DNA of 64,000 nt from Candidatus Tayloriibacteriota bacterium. Its GTDB lineage: Bacteria; Patescibacteriota; Minisyncoccia; Phycocordibacterales; PALSA-1337. A program made the translations under genes and the position numbers. Positions 17,587 to 27,358 of this stretch are shown here, one piece after another. The stretch covers positions 41,429 through 105,428 of the forward strand of contig JBAXSG010000001.1 in NCBI GenBank assembly GCA_037130865.1, read 5' to 3'. The stretch's first letter is position 1. The number at the start of each line of letters is the position of its first letter. The notes beneath the pieces are model-generated. The model made no database searches. It was not told where the DNA came from and saw only the letters and a list, made by a program, of their open reading frames with translations.

Positions 17587-18315
17587 TTAATTAGAAAACA
17601 CAACCTTCGACAGGGCAACAATAACCGCTGTTTCAGCCCTTAGAACCTGGTTTCCTAAGCATTTAACAGCTATTTTGCTCTTGTGAAACAAGTCCACTTC
17701 ATCTGCAGACCACCCGCCTTCTGGACCTATGAAAACAAATGTTGGTGACTTAGTATCGATATCTGCATCAGTAAATAATTCTGCTTCAGTGTGGAAAGCT
17801 ACAGACTTCATATTTTCGGTACTATTTGCAAGAGAGATAGCTTGTTCAAGGTTGTTAATAGGCAAAATCGTTGGCACACTTCCACGACCACTCTGCTCAC
17901 TTGCTTCGACGGCGATCTTACGCAGACGCACTTCATTTAAAGATTTCTTCTCACTCCTCTCAGCCAAGACAGGTATTATGTGTGTGACACCGAGTTCGGT
18001 GGCTTTTTCAACAATCCATTCAAAAGTATCCTTCTTTGTAATAGCGGCGCACAAGTAAATATCACGCTTTGGCATATAGTGACTGCGTTCGGAAGAGACG
18101 ACTCGCAAATTTAGTGAATCTTTTTCTCCGCCAGCAATTTCACATTCAAAATCAAAACCAGATCCATCAAAAATGATGACCTTGTCGGCATTTTTCAGAC
18201 GGAATACTCGGCGTATCTGATTCGTAAGTTCAGCGGATTCAATAGAAAATTCTTTCTGAGCGCCTATCTTGCCGCCATTTATATTCTCAGTTAGAAAAAA
18301 TCTATGAAGCCTCAT
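17587..18315 (-). CDS. rsmE: 16S rRNA (uracil1498-N3)-methyltransferase RsmE
   Basis: 242 aa. PUA-like N-terminus and the SPOUT C-terminus ...VFIGPEGGWSADEV...LGNQVLRAETAVIVAL. Confidence 0.85.
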   Translation of the reverse strand: MRLHRFFLTENINGGKIGAQKEFSIESAELTNQIRRVFRLKNADKVIIFDGSGFDFECEIAGGEKDSLNLRVVSSERSHYMPKRDIYLCAAITKKDTFEWIVEKATELGVTHIIPVLAERSEKKSLNEVRLRKIAVEASEQSGRGSVPTILPINNLEQAISLANSTENMKSVAFHTEAELFTDADIDTKSPTFVFIGPEGGWSADEVDLFHKSKIAVKCLGNQVLRAETAVIVALSKVVFSN

Positions 18316-18903
18316 TTATTTCTTGCCAGACAAAACCTGATCGACGATACCGTACTTCTTGGCTTCATCGGCATCCATGAAGAAATCACGATCTACATCT
18401 TTCTCTATTCTACTTAGTGGTTGACTCGTATTTTTAGCCAAAATCTTATTTAAGAGACTTCTCATCTTGATTATATGCTTGGCACTTATCTCAATATCCG
18501 CCGCCTGACCTTCTGTGCCACCAATAGGTTGATGAATCATTACTTCGGCATTTGGTAAGATTTGACGCTTCCCTTTTGTACCACAAGACAATATCACCGC
18601 AGCCATAGAAGCAGCTAGACCGACACCGACCGTGGCGATGTCATTTTTTATATGCTGCATAGTGTCTATAATAGCCAAACCAGCATGGATAGAACCACCA
18701 GGAGAATTTATATACATACTAATCTCTTTCTTTGGGTCTTCGGATTGCAAGAATAGCAGTTGAGCGATAACTATATTTGCCATAGCGTCATCTATTGGAC
18801 CACCAAGAAAGACAACACCTTCTTTGAGTAGGCGTGAGTAGATATCATAAGCACGTTCGCCTTGTGGGCTTTTCTCTATAACTGTTGGGATGAGGTATGA
18901 CAT
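18316..18903 (-). CDS. clpP: ATP-dependent Clp protease proteolytic subunit
   Basis: [39 protein letters not shown]...[19 protein letters not shown]... with the catalytic Ser-His-Asp context. Start is at the internal Met (18903). Confidence 0.93.
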   Translation of the reverse strand: MSYLIPTVIEKSPQGERAYDIYSRLLKEGVVFLGGPIDDAMANIVIAQLLFLQSEDPKKEISMYINSPGGSIHAGLAIIDTMQHIKNDIATVGVGLAASMAAVILSCGTKGKRQILPNAEVMIHQPIGGTEGQAADIEISAKHIIKMRSLLNKILAKNTSQPLSRIEKDVDRDFFMDADEAKKYGIVDQVLSGKK

Positions 18904-19155
18904 ATGTTTTGTTTGGTTAATGAAAACAATATAACACGCAACAGATTGATTGACAAGAGTACTTGGTAATACATATACAAACAACCAGGTTTTCTTGTAC
19001 TCGGCATAAGAGTTTGCGCAAAAACCTACACTGTTGTACTATACACATGTTACCAATTTAATTTTTGATTCCGCTTTTTTAAGCCTTTGTGATAAAAATG
19101 TTATACAATTCAGTCATATCGCCATAGTCTCTAAAAGAGCGAATCACATTCGCAT

Positions 19156-20685
19156 ATGTCATTAAAACTAGTTGCACTTCTCCTCTCGATCGCCGGGGTT
19201 GTCGGTGCGGCTGTTGGTTATTACTTGCGTTTGATCATTTCCTTAGGAAAGAAGGGTTCAATGGAACTCGAAATCAAGGAGATGCTCTTGACCGCCAAAG
19301 AAGACGCAAAGAAGATTACTGCCGACGCCGAAGCCAAGAACGCTAAGATCCAAGAGAATGCCAGAATTGAGATAAAAGAGAAAGAAGACAAAGTCCACCA
19401 AGTTGAAGACCGCCTTATAAAAAAGGAGGATTTTCTAGATAAACGCCAAGTCGACCTCGACAAAGAAGTTGAGTTGGTAAAACAGCGTGTTGCTGAGATA
19501 AAAACCATTCGTGAACAAGCTGATAAGCTAGGACTAGAGCGCGCAGCAGCTTTGGAAAAGGTTGCACGACTCACAGAAGAACAAGCCAAGGATGAGGTCA
19601 TCAAGACTGCTGAGAAGCATTATGAAGAAGACATCATGGTTCGTATGAATAAACTCGACACACAAGGTGAAGAGCTCTTAGAAAATAAGGCTAGAGATAT
19701 TCTTGCTGTTTCTATACAGCGTCTAGCTTCTTCTGTTGCTTCAGATGTTATGTCCACTGTTGTACCGATACCAAGTGATGATGTGAAAGGTAAAATCATC
19801 GGTAAAGAGGGTCGCAACATCAAGTCATTTGAACGCATCACCGGCGTTGAAGTCCTTGTCGATGACACTCCTGGTGCTATTACTATTTCTTCATTTGATC
19901 CAGTCCGTCGTCATGTCGCTCGTCTGGCCCTCGAAGAGCTTCTAAAAGATGGCCGTATACAGCCATCTCGCATAGAACAGGTTGTAGAAAAAGCTAAACA
20001 GGATATAAACAAAACTATCAAAGAGAAGGGTGAGCAAGCCGCATACGAGTGCGGAGTCATCGGCCTCGATCCTCGCATATTACTCATACTTGGTCGTCTA
20101 CATTTCCGCACCAGTTATGGTCAAAATGTCCTCATGCACTCAATGCAAATGTCTCACATTGCAGGAATGATTGCAGAGGAGCTCGGTGCCAATGTTCAAG
20201 TCGCAAAAGCCGGTGCTCTTCTACATGATATCGGTAAAGCACTCGACCATGAAGTTACAGGTACTCACGTCGAGATAGGTCGTCGTATATTGCAAAAATT
20301 TGGTGCCCCTGAAGAGGTTATAAAGGCCATGCAAGCCCATCATGAGGAATATCCTTATGAAACTATCGAGTCACGCATAGTCCAAACCGCTGACGCCATT
20401 TCCGGAGCTCGTCCAGGCGCACGCCGCGACAATGTTGAGAATTATCTCAAGCGTCTTGGTGACCTTGAAGCTATCGCTACTTCATTCAAAGGCATAGAAA
20501 AAGCCTATGCTCTCCAAGCTGGTCGTGAAATCCGCGTCTTCGTCAGACCAGAAGAGATGGGTGATGTTGAATCCAAGAATGTAGCCCGCGAAATCGCTCT
20601 CAAGATTGAAAAGGATCTGAAATATCCTGGTGAAATCAAGGTTATCGTCATTCGTGAGCAAAGAACGGTGGAGTTTGCTAGGTAA
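19156..20685 (+). CDS. rny: ribonuclease Y
   Basis: 509 aa. N-terminal TM anchor, coiled-coil, KH domain (GKIIGKEGRNIKSFERITGVEV) and HD domain (LLHDIGKALDHE...). Confidence 0.93.
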   Translation: MSLKLVALLLSIAGVVGAAVGYYLRLIISLGKKGSMELEIKEMLLTAKEDAKKITADAEAKNAKIQENARIEIKEKEDKVHQVEDRLIKKEDFLDKRQVDLDKEVELVKQRVAEIKTIREQADKLGLERAAALEKVARLTEEQAKDEVIKTAEKHYEEDIMVRMNKLDTQGEELLENKARDILAVSIQRLASSVASDVMSTVVPIPSDDVKGKIIGKEGRNIKSFERITGVEVLVDDTPGAITISSFDPVRRHVARLALEELLKDGRIQPSRIEQVVEKAKQDINKTIKEKGEQAAYECGVIGLDPRILLILGRLHFRTSYGQNVLMHSMQMSHIAGMIAEELGANVQVAKAGALLHDIGKALDHEVTGTHVEIGRRILQKFGAPEEVIKAMQAHHEEYPYETIESRIVQTADAISGARPGARRDNVENYLKRLGDLEAIATSFKGIEKAYALQAGREIRVFVRPEEMGDVESKNVAREIALKIEKDLKYPGEIKVIVIREQRTVEFAR

Positions 20686-20782
20686 TACTGGAATTTCTCC
20701 CAATAAAAACTCAACCCCACCTTCGGTAGGTAGGGTTGGTCGGGGCTAGCCTTTCTTCTAGCTCACCTAATTAATCTTGATG

Positions 20783-21268
20783 TTACTCCATAAAATTCAT
20801 GGGTACAGTTTTACGACCATTCAATTCCACGATTTTACGCGGGCGGTCCTTGTTTTCTAGCTTGATCTTGAATTTGACCCTGAATTTGCCGTCCTTATTG
20901 AGGATTCTGCTCACCTCCTTAGCAAACGCCTCACTTCTTGAACTATGACCAATGTCGATATTTCCACGTCCACTGGACACAACGGATGTGATGTAAACGA
21001 CAATGTCTTCGCGATCAAATATTATCTTGCGACGGAAGACATGATCATAAGTCATCACTGACGCCAGACTCTCCTCGACCAAACCAATTGCTTGCGCGAT
21101 GATTTGCTGGGACACGAGGAATATACGGAAATCCTCATGCACTTTGTTGTTTGTGTGTATGATCTTATCAGCCACCTTACGTAACTTCCTGATATACAGC
21201 CGTAAGACTATGAGACCACCGACACAAGCGACCATAATGATCAACCTGATAACATCTATTAATTTCAC
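20783..21268 (-). CDS. hypothetical membrane-anchored protein
   Basis: 161 aa with an N-terminal TM helix (LIIMVACVGGLIVLRLYI). No family recognised. Confidence 0.4.
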   Translation of the reverse strand: MKLIDVIRLIIMVACVGGLIVLRLYIRKLRKVADKIIHTNNKVHEDFRIFLVSQQIIAQAIGLVEESLASVMTYDHVFRRKIIFDREDIVVYITSVVSSGRGNIDIGHSSRSEAFAKEVSRILNKDGKFRVKFKIKLENKDRPRKIVELNGRKTVPMNFME

Positions 21269-21449
21269 AAAGAGCTCCTTTCTTTGAGTTAAATCGAGTT
21301 AAATTTCATTCGTTCAGACAATACCGTATCACAGATTGAGCTGTTGCGTCAAATTATCAACTATTTTGCAGCCTATTGCCTAAAATATGGCTTACTATAT
21401 AATGTATCTACAGTTAGTCTAGTGTTTATTAGCAATTAATAAAGCAAAT

Positions 21450-21722
21450 ATGAACAAAGCAAGCATTGTAGAAGCAGTTCACGGAGTTCTCGGTGGTACC
21501 AAGGTACAGGCCGAGCAAGCAGTCGAAACCATGATCAATAGCGTCATCGATTCACTCAAGAAGGGTGAAGAGGTGTCTATAGCTGGTCTCGGTATCTTCT
21601 CTGTTAAGCAGCGTGCAGCTCGTCAGGCTCGTAACCCTCGTACTGGTGAGGCTATAAATGTCCCAGCTATGAAGGTTCCTAAGTTCCGCGCCGCAAAGGC
21701 ACTCAAGGACGCAGTTAAATAA
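21450..21722 (+). CDS. hup: DNA-binding protein HU
   Basis: 90 aa: MNKASIVEAV...GLGIFSVKQRAARQARNPRTGEAINVPAMKVPKFRAAKALKDAV, with the HU arm and signature. Confidence 0.9.
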   Translation: MNKASIVEAVHGVLGGTKVQAEQAVETMINSVIDSLKKGEEVSIAGLGIFSVKQRAARQARNPRTGEAINVPAMKVPKFRAAKALKDAVK

Positions 21723-21786
21723 AGCTATTTATAGGTGCTTGACCAGCCTTCGACAGCTGACCAATCTCCTACTATCGAACAAAAGA

Positions 21787-21810
21787 CCTCCGTAAGGGGG
21801 CTTTTTGTTT
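21787..21810 (+). terminator. rho-independent terminator after hup
   Basis: CCUCC-GUAA-GGGGG stem with a GNRA loop followed by CTTTTTGTTT. Confidence 0.7.
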
Positions 21811-21829
21811 ACATAGCCAGGAATCCTCA

Positions 21830-22795
21830 CTATGCGAGCAACCCCTTTCTTTTGGAAAGATAGGTGCGAACCCCTTCTATAAAGTCCGCCTTCTTCTTTC
21901 TGTGCCAATCGTATGATTTTATATAGCAATTTAGAAGTAAAGCAGAGTGTAATACACTTTCATCATAAGGTTTGCCGCCGAAATATCCCACCAGCCATTG
22001 TTCATTTTCTTTGCTTTCATCTTTTGTGATGCCGAGCAACATCGAACGGGCCAAATCGAAGTATCCCACGTTAAATTTCGGATTGGGATCAAAAACAGTA
22101 ACTGGTTCTGTGGCAAATATATTTGAGATATTGAAATCGTCATGGCAATAGCTAGTACTCTTCTGTGTGCTTACATAGCTATTCAATATCGACAGAGCAT
22201 TTTCCAATGATCCGTGCTCATCACCAAGGACATTGTTGTCTCGAACGTATTTTATTCGTCTCTATATTTCTTCGGACGATATCCATTCATTGAAAGAATC
22301 AAATTCAGCCTTTCCGTTGGCCACTCTGCCAAACCCTTCTGCTTTCGGTTCGTGCATCCTCCTCAAAGTCTTCCCAAGATCGACAAAAACCTCCATTTCA
22401 AGTAGCTGTTCCTCGCTATATTTATCGAGTAGAGTAGGCTCGTCTATGAATTCCATAACGAGATAGTGATGGTCACCAATCGTGCCTGTTTCAAATATTT
22501 TCGGCGTCTTCACTCCGATACTCGCCCATTTTTCCAAGAATTCTGATTCGCCTTCAGCAAAATTCAGACTCAAAGGAACCTTGAGAATGTATTTACCATC
22601 CGCTGATTCGATCAAACACACGATCGATCCTACACCTTTCTGCATGTATGAAACTTGAACTTCTTTATCCTTAAAAAGTCTATGGCCTGAAATAAATTCT
22701 TCTATGAGCGGTATGAGCTTTTCTCTTCTCTCATTAAGAGTTTTATGTGCCTCAAATTCTGAAAACTTTGGCTTATTAAGGATTGATATCGACAT
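21830..22795 (-). pseudogene. aminoglycoside/choline-kinase-type phosphotransferase (APH family), interrupted by an in-frame TAG
   Basis: The upstream ORF (22262-22795) encodes the N-lobe (...HHYLVMEFIDEPTL...). The collinear downstream ORF (21830-22207) begins with the catalytic-loop motif CHDDFNISNIF (HxDxxxxN). They are separated by a stop at 22262-22264 and a 55-nt gap. Confidence 0.6.
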
Positions 22796-22801
22796 TGGTT
22801 G

Positions 22802-22872
22802 TGCGGGATGCGGGAGTCGAACCCGCGACATTTGTTTGGAAAACAAAAATTTTACCGTTAAACTAATCCCGC
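22802..22872 (-). tRNA. tRNA-Gly (anticodon TCC), no encoded CCA
   Basis: Reverse complement is GCGGGAT...TTTGT-TTTCCAA-ACAAA...GCGGGTTCGACTCCCGC-ATCCCGC-A. It has a 7-bp acceptor stem, a T-arm GGTTCGA and an A/T-rich D-arm. Confidence 0.82.
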
Positions 22873-22877
22873 GAGCC

Positions 22878-23552
22878 TCACTTTTCTAGAACACGGTCAA
22901 TCGTAGCAAGTATTTTCCTATGTAACAAGACGCCGAGTTCTTTGTCACCATAACTTTTTACACCAAGATGAGCTGTCCCAAATGGTAAGATCCCCGCTTT
23001 TTTTGTCTTCTTATTGAGACGACGGTCGATATAACATGGTAAGAAAGAACTTTTTGGTATCTTTAATTGTCTGACCCAAAATTGCAGCGCAGCATCTTCG
23101 TCACTATCGGGATATATATGAAGCCTAACTCTTATATTTGTATTGGGTACATTGAAACATTTATTTAGCCAAATGATTGAAAACCTAATTATCCTTGGAT
23201 CAGCATTAACTATTCTCAAAATATTGTGGGTCTTACTACCCTCTCCAATATAGATGCCAACGCCGAGCAGGAATAAGTCTCTGTGAGATAGTTTGCCAAT
23301 CATTCCCTCTGCATACCTATCTGCTTCAATAAGAGACCGGATTTTATCTACTCTTTTACCTACAACGCCCATCTTTTGGCCTTTAAGAATTGATTGTTTA
23401 GTTGTTTCGTTTGGCAAAAAATCAACATTTCTTAACCAACAACTTAGGGTGCTTTTCGAGACATTCAATTTTTGTGATATATAGCCATAAGCAAAACCCT
23501 TCTTACGGTAACCAATGGCTCGCTTTTTCAGTGCATACGAATACATATGCAC
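22878..23552 (-). CDS. HTH + LAGLIDADG-like (homing-endonuclease-like) protein
   Basis: N-terminal HTH (GYISQKLNVSKSTLSCWLRN) followed by two degenerate LAGLIDADG-like blocks (DLFLLGVGIYIGEGSK and ...FGTAHLGVKSYGDKELGVL). Its stop is 5 nt from the 5-prime end of tRNA-Gly. Confidence 0.45.
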   Translation of the reverse strand: MHMYSYALKKRAIGYRKKGFAYGYISQKLNVSKSTLSCWLRNVDFLPNETTKQSILKGQKMGVVGKRVDKIRSLIEADRYAEGMIGKLSHRDLFLLGVGIYIGEGSKTHNILRIVNADPRIIRFSIIWLNKCFNVPNTNIRVRLHIYPDSDEDAALQFWVRQLKIPKSSFLPCYIDRRLNKKTKKAGILPFGTAHLGVKSYGDKELGVLLHRKILATIDRVLEK

Positions 23553-23597
23553 TAATTATATCAGACCAGATGTGGTTCGTGCAATTCTTAAATTAAT

Positions 23598-24113
23598 TTA
23601 CCCCCTCTTTTCATCCGGATGATGAACAGCGTGTTCGTGCTCCATAACCTCTTTTATTTCATCTATTTCTTCTTTGATTATCTTCAGATCAACAATATCT
23701 TGCTCCATCTTTATCTCATCAACTTCTTTCTTCATTTCTTTTATGGTCGCTCTCATTCCCTTCAATTCCGCCTCCTCTTCTTCAACCTCTTTCTCTGTCT
23801 TTTCTGTTGTCTTTTTCTGCTTTTTAAGACCACTCATAAGTATCGTGTCACCTATAAAGTATGAAACGAATAGTCCGGTCATGAGCAAAACTATTGTCAT
23901 GATCACTAAGTTGTTCGGCTCATAGAAAATCAACTCCAACCAACCACCTTTGGCTTGTAAGATATCTGCTGTATGCCACACTCCCCTCCAGAAAAGCACT
24001 ATAGCCACACCACCGATGATTGTATAGATTATTGGATATTGACTCAAGTGTTCACGCACATGATCTTCGAGTTTATCGAAAAACCAGACTATTTTTTTGA
24101 ACAATGAAATCAT
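23598..24113 (-). CDS. hypothetical membrane protein with an acidic coiled-coil tail
   Basis: Two TM helices, then an EEEA/KEVDEIK-rich C-terminus ending in HEHAVHHPDEKRG. Confidence 0.4.
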   Translation of the reverse strand: MISLFKKIVWFFDKLEDHVREHLSQYPIIYTIIGGVAIVLFWRGVWHTADILQAKGGWLELIFYEPNNLVIMTIVLLMTGLFVSYFIGDTILMSGLKKQKKTTEKTEKEVEEEEAELKGMRATIKEMKKEVDEIKMEQDIVDLKIIKEEIDEIKEVMEHEHAVHHPDEKRG

Positions 24114-24152
24114 CTTTGTATTTTTTATCTTTCTCTGAAGAAACTCTTACCT

Positions 24153-24227
24153 GTCGGGGCGCCGGGATTCGAACCCGGAGTCACCTCTTCCCAAAAGAGG
24201 CATGTTAGCCGTTACACCACGCCCCGA
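24153..24227 (-). tRNA. tRNA-Pro (anticodon TGG), no encoded CCA
   Basis: Reverse complement ...CCTCT-TTTGGGA-AGAGG...CCGGGTTCGAATCCCGG-CGCCCCGA. Anticodon loop TTTGGGA. Confidence 0.8.
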
Positions 24228-24281
24228 AATATCCCTATTCCACTACAAACTAACTGTCGCATTATCGTAGCATAAAACATT

Positions 24282-24725
24282 CTATAAGACTAGATTTTTT
24301 AACCATTTTACATGTGCGAGACGAGTTCCTTTGTCCATATAGACGCAAAGTACATGAAATTGAAATTCTGACTCTGCTCCCCTACCAGACACCTCACTAC
24401 TCCTTTGCCCAAATTCTGCCATATATGTCTGAATCATTCGACGGATCTGCCTTAACTTGAAATTATGGACATTTTCTTCTGGTTCATGTCCGTTTGGATG
24501 ATTTCTCTGTACTGTCACACTCTTCACCTCAAAAAAGTGTAGAGTTGCTGATGTTGCACGTGAAACATCACTAGACTCGCGCGCAATAATATCTATCTCG
24601 CCCCATTTCTTGCGATAATTCCTCGCAGTAATGATAAAGCCCTTCTTCTCCAAAAACTTACAAGCTATATCCTCACCTATGTTTCCTATTGATCTTGTGC
24701 TCATAAATATTTTCTTAGAATCCAT
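24282..24725 (-). CDS. yraN: YraN/UPF0102-family endonuclease-like protein
   Basis: GNIGEDIACKFLEKKGFIITARNYRKKWGEIDIIA matches the YraN signature (GxxGExxAxxxLxxxGxxIxxRNxRxxxGEIDLIA). Confidence 0.7.
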   Translation of the reverse strand: MDSKKIFMSTRSIGNIGEDIACKFLEKKGFIITARNYRKKWGEIDIIARESSDVSRATSATLHFFEVKSVTVQRNHPNGHEPEENVHNFKLRQIRRMIQTYMAEFGQRSSEVSGRGAESEFQFHVLCVYMDKGTRLAHVKWLKNLVL

Positions 24726-24956
24726 ATTTTCAACACATTTTCAGTGACTTTTAAACTGTCTTATCCCAAAATCCACTGGCTGAGCCACAACAAGAAAAGA
24801 CATCATAAAATACACAAAAACTACGATAATTAGCCGTTTTTTATGTCTTTTATAGACAGCATCCACAGACTTATCCACAGTTTCTGTTTATACACTTATA
24901 CGATTAGCCATTCGTAAAGGAAAAACAGACAAGGACATATAAAGGCCAATGAAGTG

Positions 24957-25027
24957 TGCGGGTAGGGAGAATCGAACTCCCACCTCGTCCTTGGCAAGGA
25001 CGCGTCCTACCATTAAACAATACCCGC
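24957..25027 (-). tRNA. tRNA-Gly (anticodon GCC), no encoded CCA
   Basis: Reverse complement GCGGGTA...CGTCC-TTGCCAA-GGACG...GGGAGTTCGATTCTCCC-TACCCGC-A. Confidence 0.86.
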
Positions 25028-25140
25028 AATTATATATGTAATGACCTTAAAAATCTGACGTGCTTCAGTATAGCGCAACTTTCATTTTTTACAAAATCTT
25101 CTCACATAAATAAACTATCATCGTATCAACTGTTACCGTG

Positions 25141-25212
25141 TGCCCCCGGAGGGACTCGAACCCCCAACATCAGTTCCGAAGACTGGTGTGATATCCATTT
25201 CACCACGAGGGC
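25141..25212 (-). tRNA. tRNA-Arg (anticodon TCG), no encoded CCA
   Basis: Reverse complement GCCCTCG-TG-GTGA-AATGGATA-TCAC-A-CCAGT-CTTCGGA-ACTGA-TGTT-GGGGG-TTCGAGT-CCCTC-CGGGGGC-A. The cloverleaf folds with one mismatch in the anticodon stem. Confidence 0.72.
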
Positions 25213-25292
25213 ATTGATGAATAAACATCATCTCGTGCCACATCATACTACCGCACATAGCCAAAAAGCCCAAATGGTGCTACGATATCACC

Positions 25293-26780
25293 ATGAAAAT
25301 GGCTCAAAACAGCCCTATTCCGACAGAAGTGGTCAATGTTGTAACTGGTTTGGAGAAGGCCGGCTTCCAAGCATATCTAGTAGGCGGATGCGTCCGTGAT
25401 ATTTTTCTTGGCAGAAAACCGAAGGATTGGGATGTCACCACAAATGCAAAACCGGAAGAAATACAAAAAATATTTCCAAAAACTGTTTATGAAAATATAT
25501 TCGGAACAGTCGCGGTGATAAATGAAACAACAGAAGATGAAACAGTCCGTTCTGTTGAAGTCACTCCTTACAGACTTGAGACTGGTTATTCAGATCGTAG
25601 ACATCCTGACCAAGTTTCTTTCAGTGAAAAATTAGAAGATGACCTTAAGAGACGAGATCTCACTATAAACGCTATTGCTGTTTCCTTGTCCGATGGAGCT
25701 ATAAAGGACATCGTTGATCTATATGGCGGTTTTGCCGATATAAAAGCCAAGATTATACGAACTGTAGGAAAACCGTCTGATCGCTTCAACGAAGACGCCT
25801 TGAGAATGATGCGCGCAGTCAGATTGGCCGTAGAACTGGGTTTCACGATAGAAAAAGATACTTATACGGCTATACAGAGCCAAAATAAACTAATAAAAGA
25901 CGTGTCAGCAGAACGAGTTCGTGATGAGTTTACTAAGATTGTTATGTCTCCAAACCCTAAAATAGGGCTTGAAATGCTTCATGAAACGGCTCTACTTAGC
26001 CATTTTTTGCCAGAAATAGAGCGCGGTATTGGTGTAGAACAAAGAGGAACCCATATATACGATGTCTGGGAACACCTAGTTAGAAGTCTCCAACACGCCG
26101 CCGACAAGGAATGGGGGCTAGAAATAAGGCTTTCTGCCCTATTTCACGACATTGGTAAGCCGAAAAGCCGTGGGTTTTCACGTGAAAGCAACTCTTATAC
26201 GTTTTATGGCCATGAGGTAATTGGTTCACGTGAAACACGTCAAATCCTCGAAAGGATGAAGTTTTCACGTGCAACAGTAGAGAAAGTCTATAAACTGTGC
26301 CGTTGGCATATGTTTTTCTCTGATACAGAGCAAATCTCCCTATCTGCTGTCAGGCGTATGATTGTGAATGTAGGGCGTGAAAACATATGGGATCTCATGA
26401 ATGTGCGCATATGCGACCGTATAGGCACTGGTAGACCCAAGGAAAACCCTTATAGACTCCGTAAATACAAGGCTATGATCGAGGAAGCTCTAAATGGGCC
26501 GGTTTCCGTCTCTATGCTTAAAATTGATGGTAAAAGGGTTATGGATGTATGCAAGATACCAGCTGGACCTAAGATTGGTTGGATACTGCATGCCCTCTTT
26601 GAAGAAGTCATCGAGGATGTGAAACTTAATACACCAGAGTATTTGGAAAAACGCGCAAATGAACTATCAGTCATGAATGAAAAGGAACTTAAAGCTCTTG
26701 GTGAAGCTGGAAAAGATAGAAAAGAAGAGGAAGGAGAAAAGAAAGTGCAAGAGATTCGAAAAAAACACTTCGTATCCTAA
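25293..26780 (+). CDS. cca: tRNA nucleotidyltransferase (CCA-adding enzyme), PolyA_pol head + HD domain
   Basis: N-terminus ...AGFQAYLVGGCVRDIFLGRKPKDWDVTTNAKPEEI (GGxVRD...DxD class II nucleotidyltransferase), followed by an HD domain (LFHDIGKP). Confidence 0.85.
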   Translation: MKMAQNSPIPTEVVNVVTGLEKAGFQAYLVGGCVRDIFLGRKPKDWDVTTNAKPEEIQKIFPKTVYENIFGTVAVINETTEDETVRSVEVTPYRLETGYSDRRHPDQVSFSEKLEDDLKRRDLTINAIAVSLSDGAIKDIVDLYGGFADIKAKIIRTVGKPSDRFNEDALRMMRAVRLAVELGFTIEKDTYTAIQSQNKLIKDVSAERVRDEFTKIVMSPNPKIGLEMLHETALLSHFLPEIERGIGVEQRGTHIYDVWEHLVRSLQHAADKEWGLEIRLSALFHDIGKPKSRGFSRESNSYTFYGHEVIGSRETRQILERMKFSRATVEKVYKLCRWHMFFSDTEQISLSAVRRMIVNVGRENIWDLMNVRICDRIGTGRPKENPYRLRKYKAMIEEALNGPVSVSMLKIDGKRVMDVCKIPAGPKIGWILHALFEEVIEDVKLNTPEYLEKRANELSVMNEKELKALGEAGKDRKEEEGEKKVQEIRKKHFVS

Positions 26781-26806
26781 AGGACACACTTATCCCCAGT
26801 GTGTCC
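26780..26806 (+). terminator. hairpin terminator after cca
   Basis: Perfect 10-bp inverted repeat AGGACACACT-TATCCCC-AGTGTGTCCT overlapping the cca stop. The downstream T-tract is weak. Confidence 0.5.
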
Positions 26807-27358
26807 TTTACACTTGTCTTTAATAAATATAAAATATACCCAGATCAGTATTTCGTCCGAGAAATTTAAAGTTATGTTGTGTGTTCGTAACCAACATGAC
26901 AAACGATATACACCTGATCTTTATATAGGTACCGGAATTTCGCCGATACCAAAAAGAAGCCACTGGGTAGGCTTCAACAGAGAGGGATCTTCCTGATCTC
27001 ACTCAAAGTGAAGTTAAGCAAAGATTTTTTAAAGAGGGTAATACCTCAAAGTGCATCCGATCGGTGCTCGGTCATAAAGGTGGTGTGATTGTCTACAAAT
27101 TACATCAAAGCCTCCTTCCGGAGAGCAATAACTTTAAGACATATTGCACACCACTTACCGCTGATGAATGCCGTGAAAAGCTTCATCTAGGACTGGTTTG
27201 GATAGCATCAGTTCTTTCGTCAGTTTTCTTTGCGAGACTTCTAAGACCGTGTCACACGCCGTTCTGTCTGAACCGTCACTGATACGGTCTTTTTGTTGAT
27301 TATACCGGACACACTAAATACTAATTTTTACTTTATACGCCTATATCAGGCCGTATAA

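Noticed and set aside
24956-25399. 147-aa plus-strand ORF covering two tRNA genes and the start of cca
   Set aside because: It runs antisense through tRNA-Gly(GCC) and tRNA-Arg(TCG), and its 3-prime part is in the same frame region as the cca start. It is a spurious ORF produced by structured RNA genes.
27095-27150. Possible SRP (4.5S) RNA on the minus strand suggested by a CUCC-GGAA-GGAG tetraloop hairpin
   Set aside because: The universally conserved helix-8 nucleotides flanking the GNRA loop (GUCAGG...AGCAGC) are not present and no domain-IV symmetric loop could be drawn. It is kept only as an unexplained hairpin in a long intergenic region.
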